A stretch of 51,355 nucleotides of DNA, taken from positions 1 through 51,355 of the IMG/VR virus record IMGVR_UViG_3300033145_002956. One strand, given 5' to 3'. The stretch comes from a virus. Taxonomy: Duplodnaviria > Caudoviricetes. Shown in pieces: positions 8,968-18,083 of this stretch. Position numbers and translations under genes: made by a program. The notes below the pieces were generated by a model. The model had not been told where the DNA came from and made no database searches. It was given only the letters and a program-made list of their open reading frames with translations. Numbering within the stretch: position 1 is the stretch's first letter; each line of letters opens with the position of its first letter.

Positions 8968-10917
8968 GTGAGTATGACTGAAAAGCAAAGTGTCCGAAAG
9001 TGTCCCAAAAAATTTGCGAAAGTCACGAAAAAAGAAGGCGAAAATCGGCTTCTTTCTCAAGGTGTCCCAAAAAAGAAGCCGAAATCTGCCTCCTTTGATC
9101 AGGTGTCCCAACCTTTATTTTTGAAAAAAATCCTTATATTAAAAGGGCAGGGCTATTCCATTCGTCAGATTTCTGATCTGCTCAAAATTCCTAAGTCAAC
9201 CATATCTCGTTGGATAAAGAAGGCGAGGGAGACTATTGTTTTTGATTTGCAGGAGGTGGGACAGTGGGACAGTGGGACACCTGATAGTGGGACACCTATT
9301 TCTGGGATCATCGAGAAGATCGATATGAAGAGTGTTCCTGGCACGATCGATAAGAGAGGTGAGTACGGTGAGTTGCTTGATTTTCGTATGATCCCTATTA
9401 CTTATCAGTTGTTTTTTGCTAGATACGGTTTTCTTCCAAAGCATATATTTCCTATAAAAAAAGGAGAGTTGTCTTATAGTTCTTATCATACTGTGTATGT
9501 GCTTAAATTGTCTTCTGGAGAGGTTGTGTATTCTTATGAGGATTTTTCTGGTCGTAAGGGGTGTCATCTGGATGGGGTGGCGAAGAGGATTAATTGTGGT
9601 AGCGAGAACGGAAACCTTAAATTTGATGACTTTCTTTTATTAAGTAGAGAATATACGTTATCTCAAATCCTTGAAAATGAAGGTGATGTCTTGAAACTTT
9701 TAGGTTTTGGTGTTAAAGATATACATGAGCTTCAGAGTGATATGTCTGAAGGGGGTCTTAATTTTGATAATATCCAAAAAGTGGACTTAAAAGAAGCTTT
9801 TAATCAAGTAGCTCCTCGTGTTGTGGGAAATGAGGATGTGAAGGAGATTTTAACGTATTCAGTGGTGAGGAGAGATAGCAGAGATCCTCGTGGTTCATCT
9901 GTTCCTATCTGTGTTTTTGCTAATAGTGGAGAGGGGAAAACGTATCTACTCGATGATCTTTCTAGGGTGTTTTCAGCAGATATGTATCGTGCTGAGGACT
10001 TAACGCCTGCGGCTTTGGGTATGGTTGATCCTTCTACTGGAGAAGTGAAATACACAGGTCTTTCTGATATTATTCTGGTTGATGAGATTGACAAGGCTCA
10101 AGCAAAGACTATCTCTCTTCTTCTTGAAATTGCGGGTCTTGAAATTGGAAAAAGGGTAAGGTATGGTGTTAAATTTACAAAGGAGACGGGTTCTTTGCTA
10201 CTCTCTACTTTTCTCTTGAGTTCTAAACTTGGTATTTTTGATGAGGATAAGGGAGGTTCTTGGGGGCGAGTTGGGAATATTCATAGGCAGTATTTACGAA
10301 GGAATGTGCTTCTCAGGCTTCAGCAGGAAAGTAAAGAGTTGGATAATGAGTTGGTAGAGAAGGTTTTAGAGGGGCAGAGTGAGGAAGAGGTCTATGAATA
10401 TGAGACACTTGAGCTGTCAAAGCTTTTGTGTTTGTCTAAATTGTTTTTGATGACTTGTCAGTTTAAGATTAAGGATGTTGAAAAGATAAAGAGTATGTAT
10501 CTCTCTGAAGTTAGTGGCTTCTCCTTTGCTGGCTCTACGAATTGGTATAGAACCTTATATCGTCTTATAAAACTGCTTGCTGAGGGTAGAGCTTTGTGTC
10601 ATGGAGTAGATAGAGTAGATATTGATAAAAAGGTGATTTATGTTCTTCCTGAGGATTTTAGGAGAGTCATTGACATCCTCAAAAAGCATGCTCGTTCTCT
10701 TGGTTTCTATAAGGGTGAGATCACGCATGTCGATGAGCCAGAAGTTGAGCCTCCAGAGGAAATGACTATTGTTGAGTTTGATGAAGAGCAGTTAAAAAGG
10801 GTAGAAACTCCTTTCTTTGAGAAATGTGGTTACTGTGGAGAAAATAAGTTGATTTCTTATTTCTATAATGGAAATTATATTTGTGATGCCTGTTTGAAGG
10901 ATTTGGGGATGTCGTGA
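8968..10917 (+). CDS. Replication protein: N-terminal HTH, divergent MCM-like AAA+ helicase, C-terminal zinc finger
   Basis: HTH GYSIRQISDLLKIPKSTISRW; APRVVGNEDVKE; Walker A ANSGEGKT; Walker B ILVDEIDK; AEGRAL; terminal CGYC..CDAC. Confidence 0.8.
   Translation: MSMTEKQSVRKCPKKFAKVTKKEGENRLLSQGVPKKKPKSASFDQVSQPLFLKKILILKGQGYSIRQISDLLKIPKSTISRWIKKARETIVFDLQEVGQWDSGTPDSGTPISGIIEKIDMKSVPGTIDKRGEYGELLDFRMIPITYQLFFARYGFLPKHIFPIKKGELSYSSYHTVYVLKLSSGEVVYSYEDFSGRKGCHLDGVAKRINCGSENGNLKFDDFLLLSREYTLSQILENEGDVLKLLGFGVKDIHELQSDMSEGGLNFDNIQKVDLKEAFNQVAPRVVGNEDVKEILTYSVVRRDSRDPRGSSVPICVFANSGEGKTYLLDDLSRVFSADMYRAEDLTPAALGMVDPSTGEVKYTGLSDIILVDEIDKAQAKTISLLLEIAGLEIGKRVRYGVKFTKETGSLLLSTFLLSSKLGIFDEDKGGSWGRVGNIHRQYLRRNVLLRLQQESKELDNELVEKVLEGQSEEEVYEYETLELSKLLCLSKLFLMTCQFKIKDVEKIKSMYLSEVSGFSFAGSTNWYRTLYRLIKLLAEGRALCHGVDRVDIDKKVIYVLPEDFRRVIDILKKHARSLGFYKGEITHVDEPEVEPPEEMTIVEFDEEQLKRVETPFFEKCGYCGENKLISYFYNGNYICDACLKDLGMS
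8991..9296. repeat. Iteron-like TGTCCCA/TGGGACA repeats inside the replication gene
   Basis: TGTCCCA at 9001, 9063, 9104 (TGTCCG at 8991); inverted TGGGACA at 9257, 9265, 9273, 9288. Confidence 0.65.
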
Positions 10918-11063
10918 CGAATGACCAGTTCTCTATGCTCTGAGGACTGGTCGTGAAGTGTTGAGAGCAATGTGTATGTTTTAATATGCAAAAACTTTAA
11001 AAATGGTAGTGATTATTATCTCAGCAGTAGTAAAAGTAATTAACAACTGTTGAGGTGATAATA

Positions 11064-11225
11064 ATGGATGAAAAGTTTGTGGCCTTTTTGATTTGTGCAT
11101 TGGCGTTGATCATATACCTAAAGATGTATGGTGTTCCGCAGGTGTCTGCATGGCTATTCATTGCTGTTACTGTCTTTGTCTTGCCGCTGTGCGTTTGGTT
11201 GTGGATGATTTTTAGGAAGAGGTAG
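11064..11225 (+). CDS. Small two-TM membrane protein (53 aa)
   Basis: GAGGTGA SD; MDEKFVAFLICALALIIYL...; TATA box upstream. Confidence 0.65.
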   Translation: MDEKFVAFLICALALIIYLKMYGVPQVSAWLFIAVTVFVLPLCVWLWMIFRKR

Positions 11226-11226
11226 C

Positions 11227-11391
11227 ATGAGAAAGAGGAAGAATATCTGTAAGAAAAGTAAGAGTCAGGTTACGTTACATAGTTATCTTAAGGAGGGTAA
11301 TTTTGGGAAGACTGATTATTATAAAGGTTGGTGGAATGATGTACCTTTTACTGAAGAGGAGAAAAAAAGAAACTTGGAGTTGATAAAATGA
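11227..11391 (+). CDS. Small basic protein (54 aa)
   Basis: Fills the gap between coupled genes; stop overlaps the next ATG. Confidence 0.5.
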   Translation: MRKRKNICKKSKSQVTLHSYLKEGNFGKTDYYKGWWNDVPFTEEEKKRNLELIK

Positions 11392-12227
11392 GTCTTCAGG
11401 ATGATCTTGATTTTTTGAGGGATGTTTCTGTATATGAAACAAAGAAGAGGAGGGGGGGGTACTCACATGCTACTCTTGCGGAATATATAGCTAAGGCGTA
11501 TGATGTGTGTTCTCAGGAGCCTGTATATGTGCGTGAGCTTGCGAGAATCTGGCGAAAAGAGAAGGGCAGGGGTTCTTATATTTTCCTTGCGTCTTATGCC
11601 TTGAGGTTCCTCTTTGAGAGGGGGTATCTTCAGAGGGAGGATGTAGATGTTAAGTGGGTAGAGGGGTCGATGAAAAAAGAGACTGAGAGATTATGGTCTC
11701 AATATCATATATATTATAGGTTAACTCCTAAGGTGCATAAGTATGATGTTCGTTTTAAGGCTCGATCAGTGTTGAGATTGTCCCGTATAGGTCTTGAGGT
11801 TGCTATGAGGGTTGAGGATGTGTTGATCGATTTATGTAGACGGCTCTATGGTCGTGGGAATGTTTCTTCTACAGCTTTTTCTTCGCCTTTTCCAGATGTG
11901 GTTCTCTCTAAATATGAGAAGGTCATTGAGATCTCTACTCGTTCCGAGAATCCGATAGGTCTCTCTTATGTTTGGTCAAAAACAGAAGCTTATCCTGACT
12001 ATGATGTTCTTATAATTGCTCCTGCCTTTACTAGGAGAGTGTGGAAAAATACTCCTCGCTATGTTACGATAAAGCAGTATCCGGAGTCTGGGCTTTGCTT
12101 TGTGTGGGATCATTTGCGTTATACTAAGTTCTGGTTTGATGTCTGTCATCGGGATGTGGAGTTTGTCTCTGTATATGATTATCGTGAGGGTCTCAGGGAG
12201 ATCATAAAGGAGTTTGTGGGATTTTGA
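11388..12227 (+). CDS. wHTH plus putative PD-(D/E)xK nuclease
   Basis: E...FPDVVL...VIEIS and LIIAPAFT resemble a restriction-endonuclease fold; N-terminal wHTH-like part. Confidence 0.55.
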   Translation: MSLQDDLDFLRDVSVYETKKRRGGYSHATLAEYIAKAYDVCSQEPVYVRELARIWRKEKGRGSYIFLASYALRFLFERGYLQREDVDVKWVEGSMKKETERLWSQYHIYYRLTPKVHKYDVRFKARSVLRLSRIGLEVAMRVEDVLIDLCRRLYGRGNVSSTAFSSPFPDVVLSKYEKVIEISTRSENPIGLSYVWSKTEAYPDYDVLIIAPAFTRRVWKNTPRYVTIKQYPESGLCFVWDHLRYTKFWFDVCHRDVEFVSVYDYREGLREIIKEFVGF

Positions 12228-12376
12228 TCTTTGCCTTATCTCTCTTATTCTATTGTCGTAATTTTTTTGGTTTTTTTCCTTTTTCTTTATTGTAATGAAT
12301 ATATAAAACTGGTCATAAGTGCCTTTTTTACCGTAAAGCTTTTAAATGGGGTCTCTCTTATCGGGTAGGTGATGCT

Positions 12377-12766
12377 ATGGTAAATGGTGTAAGTGCAGAC
12401 GCAAGAATCCCAAAGGGGACGTATAGGGCTATTGGTGCGATACTCATTGCTGTGTTGACAGTCGTAGTTGCTTATGTTTGGCAGGACATACCTGTTGAGG
12501 TATTTGCATTAAGTACAGGTGTTATGACATTTTACTTTGGTACGAGAGCTGTGGAGGATAGAAGAAAATCTCCCTCTGTGTATCCTCTGTGGCTTCCTGT
12601 TGGAACTGTGAGATTTGCTCTGTGGATGATTTATCTCATAGGCTTTGCTCTCTATGTTCTTGAGTATGGCTATATTCTTAGGGAATTGGCTACTCTTGCG
12701 ATTTATGCGTCTGTTTGGTATTTTGGAAATAGATTTTTGGGAGATTTTAAGTTAGGAGGTAGATGA
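12377..12766 (+). CDS. Four-TM membrane protein, holin-like
   Basis: Internal duplication ending in FYFGTR and WYFGNR. Confidence 0.6.
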   Translation: MVNGVSADARIPKGTYRAIGAILIAVLTVVVAYVWQDIPVEVFALSTGVMTFYFGTRAVEDRRKSPSVYPLWLPVGTVRFALWMIYLIGFALYVLEYGYILRELATLAIYASVWYFGNRFLGDFKLGGR

Positions 12767-12862
12767 TCTCTTGGGCAGAGAAGGCGGCTTTGGTGTTTTC
12801 ACTCTCACCTTTCCCCCCTGTAAGCCAAGAGGTCAAAAAATAAAATAGAAGGTGATGTAAAA

Positions 12863-14377
12863 ATGAAAATAAAAAAAATAGGAGCAATATTGGCAGGAGC
12901 TGTGATGATAGGTAGTGCGGTAGCTGCTGCTTGGGAACCAAGTGAAAACGTGGATTTTTTTATAAATCCTGATACAGGACAACCAAATGCTGTTATTGTA
13001 GTCGGTGCAAACGCTGCGGCTTCTGATGTAACGGCTGGTGCTTGGATTGCAGCACAGATAGGGAACATGGCTTTCAAAGAGGTAGAAGAGGAGATAGTAG
13101 GTAAATGGACTTGGGAAGGAGAAGGTGTAGGAGAGTTCGGAGCTAAATTCCTCATTCCTACAGATGATTTCCACGAACAATTAGATTCTTTGTACTGGAA
13201 AGATCTAGATGAGAACGAAGTATATTCTGAAGGGGATGTTCATGAGTGGATGTTACTGTGGCCGGGCTTGTTCGGGGCGGACTACAATTTGCAGATACTC
13301 CATGGGAACAACCCTGTAATGTACTGTGCTCACATACACGAGGGTGAGACTTTCAAGTTCTTAGGAAACTACTACTATCCAATAGAAATAAGTCCCGACC
13401 CAGATTTGTCAAGTTGGGGAATGACACAGGGGACTATACTCTGCGGAGATGTAGAAGAATATCCAGAGAGAACAATTTCTATAGGACCATACTATTTTGG
13501 AGACTATAAGGTAGTGTTCAAAGATATTTCTGTGTATGATCCTAGAAGAGTTTTGCTAACTATAGTAGATCCATCGGGAAAAGAACATTCAAGAATTGTA
13601 GAAGATGAAGGCAGTACAACTCTCTTTGATGATGAGGATAGACCTGTCTTTGTCTTGACTGTTAATGATATATTCTTGGGTGTGACTACCACCGAAGCTA
13701 AAATTCAGGTTACCACCTATGCTAACTACGGTGAAATAGAGTTTCCGAAGTACTGTCTCAGCGACGGGCTTGAATACTGGAATCTAAGTCTCTTCGATTG
13801 TGGACCCGAAGAAAATGGCTACAACATACATTTATGGTTTAGTGGATTCTTTGGGTACTATCCAGAATACTCTCCCTTGAATAGGACTATCAGCATACCA
13901 ACGTTCGATCTAACGAAGATAGAGAACTTCGACTATGTCTCCGGAAACTACATATCAGTCGATTTCGATGCAACCCCTCACTACAACGGAGAACTCATCT
14001 GGGATCTGAGCAAAGTTACTGTGACCCAGAAAACTGGTGACTTCACCAAGAAGTTGGTTCCCGTAGTAATAGACCCAACTCAGCTAGTAGTGAACGATGA
14101 CGAAGTAACAATTGCACACAAATTGAGTTACAACCTGATCTTAGTAGGTGGACCAGGGCTTGTACTTCAGCCAAATGGTGAAAAATTACCAGCGAACACA
14201 CTAACAAACGAAATTGTTGAAAATAATCTGTCAGCGGTAGACTGGTACACTGCTACTGGAGTATATGAGTATATTGAAGATGTGTACTCAGACAAAGATG
14301 TGATAATAGTAGCTGGCGCAGATAGGGTTGCTACCAAAAATGCAGTCATTGCTTTGCTGACTGATTTGAATGCATAA
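12863..14377 (+). CDS. S-layer protein (Methanococcales/Thermococcales S_layer_N/S_layer_C type)
   Basis: MKIKKIGAILAGAVMIGSAVAAA signal; IVVGANAAASDVTAGAWIAAQIG; C-terminal NLILVGGP..AN.LT and IIVAGADRVAT. Confidence 0.88.
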   Translation: MKIKKIGAILAGAVMIGSAVAAAWEPSENVDFFINPDTGQPNAVIVVGANAAASDVTAGAWIAAQIGNMAFKEVEEEIVGKWTWEGEGVGEFGAKFLIPTDDFHEQLDSLYWKDLDENEVYSEGDVHEWMLLWPGLFGADYNLQILHGNNPVMYCAHIHEGETFKFLGNYYYPIEISPDPDLSSWGMTQGTILCGDVEEYPERTISIGPYYFGDYKVVFKDISVYDPRRVLLTIVDPSGKEHSRIVEDEGSTTLFDDEDRPVFVLTVNDIFLGVTTTEAKIQVTTYANYGEIEFPKYCLSDGLEYWNLSLFDCGPEENGYNIHLWFSGFFGYYPEYSPLNRTISIPTFDLTKIENFDYVSGNYISVDFDATPHYNGELIWDLSKVTVTQKTGDFTKKLVPVVIDPTQLVVNDDEVTIAHKLSYNLILVGGPGLVLQPNGEKLPANTLTNEIVENNLSAVDWYTATGVYEYIEDVYSDKDVIIVAGADRVATKNAVIALLTDLNA

Positions 14378-14588
14378 ATTCTTTCCTTTTTTTTCTTTTT
14401 TTAAGAGAGGAGAAAATGGAAACAGAGAAATTTGATATTTTGCTTTTGGCGAGTGCTTTGATAGTTGTTACGGTAGCTTTTGCGATCATGGCGTATATTA
14501 TTTTGAAGTGATCTGGGCTCAAGTGCAGGGTGCTTTCATCATATCACCATTCCTCCTATGAAATGATTCTCCTGCTGAGAAACTCAGA

Positions 14589-14924
14589 TTGCTTTCCTTT
14601 TTGGAGGTGAGAAAATTGAAGAAGATTGAAGCAAAAAAGAATTCCATTTTGATAGCTGGGGAAGTAGAAATATATCCTGAAGCGATTTATGTGCATCGGG
14701 CGTTTGGAGTAGAAGAAAAAAGAGCAGGGGAAATAGGGAAGTGTGTTAGAGCTCTTCACATTATGGAGGGTTGTGAATCTCAGGTAATTTTGAAGTTGGC
14801 GGAGAAATTCGTATTGCCTAATGAGTTTCTTTTTGCAGTCTGGTTATGTGGATGGCATTATCAGAGGATGGAGATCAAGTCTCTCTTAGTGAAAGCTGGA
14901 GTGCCAGCAGATTTTTTGTGGTGA
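14589..14924 (+). CDS. Hypothetical protein
   Basis: ORF; true start is probably downstream of GGAGGTGA near 14616. Confidence 0.55.
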   Translation: MLSFLEVRKLKKIEAKKNSILIAGEVEIYPEAIYVHRAFGVEEKRAGEIGKCVRALHIMEGCESQVILKLAEKFVLPNEFLFAVWLCGWHYQRMEIKSLLVKAGVPADFLW

Positions 14925-14925
14925 A

Positions 14926-15036
14926 TGCGGGGTAGAGAAGTCAGGAGTTCTCGCTGGGCTCATGAATCTCATCACCAGCTTCTTTTCTTCGGATTGGGCA
15001 ACCCAGAAACCGGTGGTTCAAATCCACCCCCCGCAA
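14926..15036 (+). tRNA. tRNA-Met(CAT), initiator-like, with 36-nt intron at 37/38 (14965..15000)
   Basis: Acceptor TGCGGGG/CCCCGCA, D stem GAGA/TCTC, anticodon stem CTGGG/CCCAG, T arm GGTGG-TTCAAAT-CCACC; BHB with CTCA:TGGG helix and TGA and CAA bulges. Confidence 0.92.
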
Positions 15037-15179
15037 CTTATATTCTCTTTTCATTATATCCTCTTTTTTTATATTCCTTTTTTCCTCTGATTTAGAAGAG
15101 AGAATATCTTTTTTTTATATATCTTTTTTGATATATACGCTACAAAAATTATTTAAGTATATATGTTTTAGAGATAAGC

Positions 15180-16379
15180 ATGGCTACAGATATAGCAAAG
15201 TTAGCACCGTCTCTTCCTACGAAGAAAATGAAAGAGGCATTGCCTAAAGTTAGTTATGATATTAAGGATGCGATGCAGGCTGAGAGGAAAAGGTTGGGGT
15301 TGAGTTGGGAGGATTACTTCAGGATGAAGGTGGGTAAGAGTTCTCCATCGACTCCATCAACACCGTCTCAGACTAATGAGATTTCTAGTTTGCATCCTGA
15401 TCTCAATGTTGCTGGTGTTCCTGTTTCTCCTTTACTTCTATCGCAGGAGACTAAAGAGGAGTTTACAAAGGAGTATTATGAGATGTTGAAGGATCAGATA
15501 GGTCTTCGTAGGAAACAGATTCAGGAGGAGATAGAGGAGCAATTTGGAAGTGAAGGTGGAAGTATGTCGAAAGCACTTGAGAAGGTTATAGAATACCAAG
15601 CTTTGTCAAAAGCTTTGGAAAGTATGGGTAAGAGTGAGAAAAGTAAGGAAGGTGATAAAAAAATGGATGCGTCAGATATGATGTTATTGATGATGCTGAT
15701 GAACAATCAGCAGCGAACACCGCCACAACAGCAGCAGACTATGGACCCGATGACTATGATGATGTTTATGCAGATGATGCAAAAAGAGCCGCCAAAGGAG
15801 GACGATAAAATGTCGAATTTTCTAATGCAGTACATGCAAAATGAAATCTCGGGGCAGCGGGAGGCGAACAAGCAGCTTCTTGCGGAAATGATGCAACAGA
15901 AGAGAGAAGAAAAATTAGCTAGTGATCAGAAAATGCTTTTGGATCAACAGGCACAGATTTTTCAGGCTTTTAAAGATGAGGTTGCTCAGCAGTTTGCGAA
16001 CTTTACGCAACAGCAACAGCAACAGTTAGAGCTTGTTAGAAGGCAGAATGATCTGGAAGAGAGTTTGAGGAAAACTTTGAGTATAATTGATCAGATCAAG
16101 GAATTTGAGGAACATGCTAAGGAGATAGGTATCTCTAAGGGGCTCTCCTCAGAGGAGTCTCAGAAAGCGGTTGCTGAGGCGACAGCTGGGAGAAATGATC
16201 TTCTTCTAAATATCATTCAGAAGGGTCTAGAGTATATATCAAAGCAGACTGCTTCAAAGCCTGTTCCTACGCCAGTGCCACCGGTGGCTCAGTCTTCGCC
16301 GACTCCGCCGCCTCCGAAACCGGAGGTGGAGGCAAAGCCCCCGCCGCCTATTAAATTTATAGAAAAGAAGAAGGAATGA
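15180..16379 (+). CDS. Met/Gln-rich coiled-coil protein with Pro-rich tail
   Basis: Low-complexity MMM/QQQ tracts; possible N-terminal RHH-like segment; TATA box just upstream (probably leaderless). Confidence 0.8.
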   Translation: MATDIAKLAPSLPTKKMKEALPKVSYDIKDAMQAERKRLGLSWEDYFRMKVGKSSPSTPSTPSQTNEISSLHPDLNVAGVPVSPLLLSQETKEEFTKEYYEMLKDQIGLRRKQIQEEIEEQFGSEGGSMSKALEKVIEYQALSKALESMGKSEKSKEGDKKMDASDMMLLMMLMNNQQRTPPQQQQTMDPMTMMMFMQMMQKEPPKEDDKMSNFLMQYMQNEISGQREANKQLLAEMMQQKREEKLASDQKMLLDQQAQIFQAFKDEVAQQFANFTQQQQQQLELVRRQNDLEESLRKTLSIIDQIKEFEEHAKEIGISKGLSSEESQKAVAEATAGRNDLLLNIIQKGLEYISKQTASKPVPTPVPPVAQSSPTPPPPKPEVEAKPPPPIKFIEKKKE

Positions 16380-16660
16380 GTATGAAGATACCTAGAGAGT
16401 TGGCTAAGTTCATACTGCCAGATATAAAGGTAGATGTCTTTGCTTTGAAAAAAGAGATAGATGGGGGAATGACTCCTCAAGATTTTGTCTATCGCTGGTT
16501 TTCTAAAGGTGGTATTATACAGGGGCAGACTAGGGCTATTATGGTGTCTAATAATTCTTTCTTTCGCTTTTTAGCTTCTGAGAAGGGTAAGAAGTGGATT
16601 AGAGATAATCTTGATGGTTTGTTGGATTATCTTTATGAGCTTGCGAAGAAAGATACCTGA
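16376..16660 (+). CDS. Hypothetical protein
   Basis: Coupled ORF. Confidence 0.7.
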   Translation: MSMKIPRELAKFILPDIKVDVFALKKEIDGGMTPQDFVYRWFSKGGIIQGQTRAIMVSNNSFFRFLASEKGKKWIRDNLDGLLDYLYELAKKDT

Positions 16661-16738
16661 AGATAGATATTCTATTATCTATATCCTCCTATAAAAAGCA
16701 GAAAGCTATTTAAATGACTACTGCTATATATACTTAGT

Positions 16739-17587
16739 ATGACAGACGAAGAACCTGAAGTGCTAACTGTTGATGGATGGGAAGAAGTCTATCCTGGTAT
16801 GTTTTGGAGTGATGAGGACAAAGCTCACCTTCGGGTGAAATATGGTGATGACAGGTATAAAGTGGAAGTCAAGCCTGAGGATTCTGACGTTTGGGAAGAA
16901 GTTGATTCTGCGGATACTTTGGTTAATGCTTACAAAAAGGCTGAGAAATATATGAAAACTCATTCTCCTCCTAAAGAGTCTAAGTTTGTTATGGAAAAGA
17001 ATGGAAGGAAGTATATCTGGCATCCTTTTGAGGGTAGATGGATAGATATTGCTCTCTTTGAAGATTTTCATGAAGCGTACAAGGCTGGGAAGATTAAGAA
17101 TGCTTTAGATGCTTTAGAATGGTTTAGTAAGAAAGAGAAGGAGGTGTCTCCAACTGAGAAGTTCAAAGGCATTCACAAGGAGCTGACTGATAAACTGATT
17201 GATTTCTTTGAGTCTTCTGAAGGTAAGAGAGTTGTGGAGAAGTATGAGAAGGAACATCTTGATTCTCTTAAACGCTTGGTGGAGACTGAAGTTGAAGAGT
17301 ACAAAAAGTGGTATGCGATATATAAGTATCTTCCAGAGATTCGTGGGGATGTGAATCTTCAGAAGAAAGTTTTTGGTAAGGAGCTCTCTAAAGATGAGCT
17401 TGCAGAGTTAGAAGTTTTGATTGGTGATAGTATCAAGAGAAAAGAGGAAAGTGCTGAATTAATGCAGAGTGACTTTGTGAGATATGCTCCTCTCAAAGAA
17501 CTTGGCTGGGAAGCTCATCATCATTCTTTAGTTCCTATTGCTCTTGGTATTGGAATCCTTTACATTCTGAAGCGTTACTATGAGTAG
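16739..17587 (+). CDS. Protein with C-terminal membrane anchor
   Basis: LVPIALGIGILYILKR tail; promoter at ~16701. Confidence 0.75.
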   Translation: MTDEEPEVLTVDGWEEVYPGMFWSDEDKAHLRVKYGDDRYKVEVKPEDSDVWEEVDSADTLVNAYKKAEKYMKTHSPPKESKFVMEKNGRKYIWHPFEGRWIDIALFEDFHEAYKAGKIKNALDALEWFSKKEKEVSPTEKFKGIHKELTDKLIDFFESSEGKRVVEKYEKEHLDSLKRLVETEVEEYKKWYAIYKYLPEIRGDVNLQKKVFGKELSKDELAELEVLIGDSIKRKEESAELMQSDFVRYAPLKELGWEAHHHSLVPIALGIGILYILKRYYE

Positions 17588-17592
17588 GTGGC

Positions 17593-17967
17593 GTGATGTT
17601 TATTGATCGTCTCACTACTGATGTATATGACATTCTGACTATAGATGTTTCTGTCGTACATGATAGGGTGGATTTGGATATCTTAGGGTTGGATTATAGT
17701 AGATATGGATATATCCTTTTTATAGATGAGATCGATGCTCCTGCCCTTCTTTCGCATTATTATCTCCGTATAAATGATATTAATGCTGATCCGATTGATT
17801 TTGTTGCTTCTGGTGGATTTGGTTACCACTATATTCATAGGGCATATTTTACCAATACTGAAACGACTGCTGGAGATGTGGTTCTTGAGATAGGGGGTGT
17901 TTCCAAAGCACTTCTGGAAGAAGATACTATGATCTTGGAGGGGTTTAGGAAACTTTTAAAAATGTAA
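17593..17967 (+). CDS. Beta-rich putative virion protein (paralog of 45193..45495)
   Basis: Shared YD..TIDVS..H..VD.D.LG..Y and R.YFTNT...AG..VL..GV.K. Confidence 0.7.
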   Translation: MMFIDRLTTDVYDILTIDVSVVHDRVDLDILGLDYSRYGYILFIDEIDAPALLSHYYLRINDINADPIDFVASGGFGYHYIHRAYFTNTETTAGDVVLEIGGVSKALLEEDTMILEGFRKLLKM

Positions 17968-18083
17968 CTCTCCTATTCTTGTTATGGTTAAAAAGAAAGA
18001 GCTTACTCGTCTTGAAGTCTTGGAAAGATTGAAGCAGAGTGCTGAGCGTAGAAAGGAAATAATGGAGAATCTGAAGTGATCCG

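Noticed and set aside
10922-10952. Short imperfect hairpin after the helicase gene
   Set aside because: Too short to support an ncRNA; likely a terminator or stability element.
14926-15036. tRNA as attP/integration site
   Set aside because: No integrase is recognisable, the tRNA is complete and not duplicated, and the genome appears linear.
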